A stretch of DNA of 64,000 nucleotides. It comes from Hypanus sabinus (lineage: Eukaryota). Positions 60,518 to 64,000 of this stretch are shown in pieces; position 1 is the stretch's first letter, and every line of letters starts with the position of its first letter. The notes under the pieces are model-generated. The model was not told the origin of the DNA. It ran no database searches and worked only from the letters and a program-made list of their open reading frames with translations. The stretch is from NCBI RefSeq assembly GCF_030144855.1, contig NC_082708.1, positions 127,286,001-127,350,000 on the forward strand. Direction: 5' to 3'. Made by a program: the position numbers and the translations under genes.

Positions 60518-62900
60518 TCACTGCGATCTACGTAGCACCAGCTGTGATTGCACAGATGCCGGCGACATTGGTGATTGCACAGGAGACAGAGGTTGTGCTG
60601 GTTCCAGCCCACTAGGCGCCAGTGATCCCTCACGCATGTGCAAGGTGCCTGGTATATATGCGTACGAAACGCCCGGTATATAAGTGTCGTGAGGAGTCTG
60701 TGTAGGGCCTGGTGAGCGCGGTGTCACCTCGGGTACAGGGTTCATAGTTACCGGAGAGAGTTCAGGGTAGTGGTCTGCTGCACCTACGGGTGCCAGGTTG
60801 CGGATGGAGACCGTGTCCTCCCGCCCATCACGTAAGACCACGTAGGCATACTGGGAGTTCGCATGTAGAAGGTGAACCCTCTCGACCAGCGGGGAGTATT
60901 TATTACTCCTCACATGTTTCTGGAGCAGCACTGGCCCCGGGGACATCAGCCAAACTGGTAGGGTGGTCCCAGTGGCAGACTTCCTGGGAAAAGAGAATAG
61001 GCGTTTGTGAGGGGTGGCATTGGTGGATGTACATAACAGAGAGCGGATAGAGTGGAGTGCCTCAGGGAGGACCTCCTGCCATCGAGAGACCGGCTACCCT
61101 TTTGACTTAAGGGCTAAAAGTGTGGCCTTCCACACCGTGGCATTCTCCCGCTCCACCTGTCCATTACCCCGGGGATTATAACTCGTGGTCCAACTAGTAG
61201 CAATGCCCCTAGCTAGCAGGTACTGGCACAGCTCGTCACTCATAAAGGAGGACCCTCTATCACTGTGGATATAGCAGGGATACCCGAACAGAGTGAAGAG
61301 CTGGCGCAGGGCTTTTATGACAGACGTGGTAGTGGTGTCGGGGCAGGGAATGGCAAAGGGGAACCGTGAGTACTCGTTGATAACATTGAGAAAATAGACA
61401 TTGCAGTCGGTGGAGGGAAGGGGGCCCTTAAAGTCAACACTCAGTCGCTCAAAAGGGCGGGTGCCCTTGATAAGTTGTGCCGTGTCAGGACAGTAGAAGT
61501 GCGGTTTGCACTCAGCGCAAATTTGGCAGTCCCTGGTCATCGTCCTGATGTCCTCCAGGGAGTACGGCAGGTTCCAGGCTTTCACGAAATGGTAAAATCG
61601 GGTGACCCCTGGATGGCAAAGTTGTGCATGAAGGGCGTATAGCTGGTCGAGCTGTGCGCTAGCACACGTACCCCGGGATAGGGCATCAGGGGGCTCATTG
61701 AGTCTGCAAGGCCGGTACAGGATGTCATAGTTGTAGGTGGAGAGTTCTATTCTCCACCGCAAAATCTTATCATTTTTGATTTTGCCCCGCTGTTGGTTGC
61801 TGAACATGAACGCAACCGAGCGCTGGTCGGTCAGCAAGGTGAACCTTTTGCCGGCGAAATAGTGTCTCCAGTGCCTAACAGCCTCCACTATGGCCTGGGC
61901 TTCTTTCTCCACCACAGAGTGCCGAATTTCAGAGCCTTGGAGGGTACGAGAAAAGAATGCTACTGGCCTGCCTTCCTGATTGAGGGTAGCAGCCAGAGCG
62001 AAATCGGAGGCATCACACTCCACTTGGAAGGGAATGGTCTCGTCCACCGCATGCATCGTTGCTTTGGCAATGTCCCCTTTAATGCAGCTGAAGGCCGCGC
62101 AAGCCTCGGCAGAGAGGGGAAAAGTGGTAGACTTGACCAGGGGGCGGGCCTTGTTTGCGTAATGGGGGACCCATTGGGCGTAATAGGAAAAAAAACCCAG
62201 GCACCGTCTGAGGGCTTTGAGAGTGGTGGGAAGAGGGAGTTCTAACAGGGGGCGCATACGGTCGGGATCAGGGCCAATGACCCCGTTTTCCATGACATAC
62301 CCAAGGATAGCAAGGCGGGTGGTTCCGAACACACACTTGTCCCTGTTATAAGTAAGGTTCAGAGCTGCGGCCACTTGGAGAAATCGTTGGAGGTTGGCAT
62401 CGTGATCTGGCCAGTTGTGACCACAGACGGTGATGTTATCCAGATAGGGAAATGTGGCCTGCAGTTGGTACTGGTCCATTATCCGGTCCATTTCCTTCTG
62501 GAAGACAGAGACACCATTCGTGACACCGAAAGGGACGCGCAGGAAGTGATAGAGCCTGCCGCCTGCCTCGAAGGAGGTGTAGGGGCGGTCCTCTGGGTGG
62601 ATGGGGAGCTGGTGATAAGCAGATTTCAGATCTATTGTCGAGTACACCTTGTACTGAGCTATCTGGTTGACCATATCCGCGATGCGGGGTAGGGGGTACG
62701 CGTCAAGCTGCGTGAACCTATTGATGGTTTGACTATACTCCACCACCATCCTATTTTTCTGCCCAGTCCGAACAACAACCACCTGGGCCCTCCAAGGGCT
62801 TGTGCTTGGCTCAATGATCCCCTCCCTGAGCAGCCGCTGCACCTCTGACTGAATGAAGGCCCTGACCCCGCGCTGTACCTCCTGCTTTTAGTTGCCACAG
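60518..62900 (-). pseudogene. pol: Gypsy (Mag-like clade) pol: RT, RNase H, integrase; one in-frame TAG at 61094-96 and a 1-nt frameshift near 62868
   Basis: 582-aa ORF: STSPW, IDLKSAYHQ, PFGV, YLDN, CDASD..EKEAQAI..TDQ, H-H-CxxC, SVD/HSD/VER. ORF 60518-60946 is in frame across the stop. Confidence 0.96.
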
Positions 62901-62915
62901 ATTTACAGTCGGGGG

Positions 62916-64000
62916 TCAGGTTGGTGAACAGCGGTGGGGGTTGGACCTTGAGGGTGGAGAGACTGCAAGTGGTGTCGGTAGCGCAGCTGTCGGCATGGTG
63001 CTGGATGGGACGTGTGGGCCCGTGTGTGTGTGTGTGGTCAGTAGTGATGAAGTCCCACAGAACTGAGGATTCCTGACAGTGAGTGGTGGGAGGGGCCCAT
63101 CATATACCATAGTCACACTTTCGAGATGACTCTGGAAGTCCAGCCCCAGTAGCACAGGTGCGCACAGTTTAGGCATGACCAGTGGCGCAAAGTTCCGATA
63201 TTCTGTGCCTTGCACCACCAATGTTGCTACACGACCCACCCGGATGTCTGCGGAATGCGACCCAGAAGCCAAATTGATCCTCCGACTTACCGGCCGTGTT
63301 GCGAGTCCACAGCGTTGCACTGTGTCCAGGTGAATAAAACTCTCAGTGCTGCCCGTGTCAAACAGGCAGCTAGTCCTGTGTCCTTCCACCAGGATGTCCA
63401 TCATTGACCTTGCGAGCTGGTGTGGGGCGCTTTGGTCGAGGGTTACGGTGGCCAGAGTTGAGCCATCAGGGTACCAGGTAAGCATCGGAGGGTCGGGGGT
63501 GGGGCATGCTGACGCCGACAAAGATGGCCGCCCACATCTGGGCATGCAAGATGGCGGCCCCCATGTCTCACCTGCAGCACTGCACTCCGCTCGTAGTTTA
63601 GACTTACAGACCTTGGCGAAATGGCCCCGCTTTCCACAGCTGGAGCAGGTCGCTTCTCGCGCCCAGCTGCATTTTTGGGGGTGCTTTCTGAGTCCACAGA
63701 AGTAACAAAGCACGGGCTTCTGATGGGCCGCAGCTGTGGTCGGGTTCGGGGAGCTCGTGGAATCGCGACTGGCAGCGGCGTTGGTGAATTCGCTCCCGGG
63801 AGCCGGCGGTGGTGGGGTCTGAGGTGTCCATGGAACCGGCGGGGAATCGCGCGACTGGACAGCGTCAGCGTTGTGCAGCGCAGCTTCCAGCATGTCGGCC
63901 ATCTCAATCGCCAAGCGTAAGGTAAGATCGGCTTTTTCCAGCAGCCGCTGGCGCACTTACACTGACCTCAGTCCTGTCACAAAGGCGCCTCGTACTAGCA
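62916..64000 (-). pseudogene. gag: Gypsy (Mag-like) gag C-terminus + aspartic protease; continues beyond the window
   Basis: Double knuckle CYFCG..H..C..CSSCGKRGHFAKVC; LFDTGS; VLLGLDF. Confidence 0.94.

Noticed and set aside
60375-63920. Plus-strand ORFs overlapping the Gypsy
   Set aside because: Antisense shadows of GC-rich gag-pol coding sequence.

Overview
Eukaryotic, AT-rich vertebrate DNA, most likely a cartilaginous fish and probably a ray. This is inferred from the repeat mix: CR1, Rex1/Babar, Penelope, HE1-like V-SINEs and V-clade Gypsy. It reads as a large intron or intergenic tract. No host protein-coding gene can be called with confidence, and nearly all ORF-track entries are retroelement fragments or off-frame reads. 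Much of the window is nested transposon fossils: CR1, Rex1/Babar, RTE, L1, Penelope-like elements, three chromovirus-type Gypsy remnants, a young Mag-clade Gypsy running off the right edge, mariner and hAT MITEs, and a Harbinger transposase relic. Four highlights: (1) a ~266-bp non-coding RTE-type retroposon (54925-55191, perfect TSD) whose first base falls at the cleavage site of a twister-ribozyme motif; (2) many Penelope termini carrying decayed minimal hammerhead ribozymes, some as short palindromic units; (3) two mariner derivatives that appear to record successive steps in building a four-TIR palindromic MITE; (4) a set of bipartite RTE-dependent SINE/non-autonomous elements sharing one internal module. 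Coordinates of old repeats are approximate. Family names come from motif recognition, not database searches.
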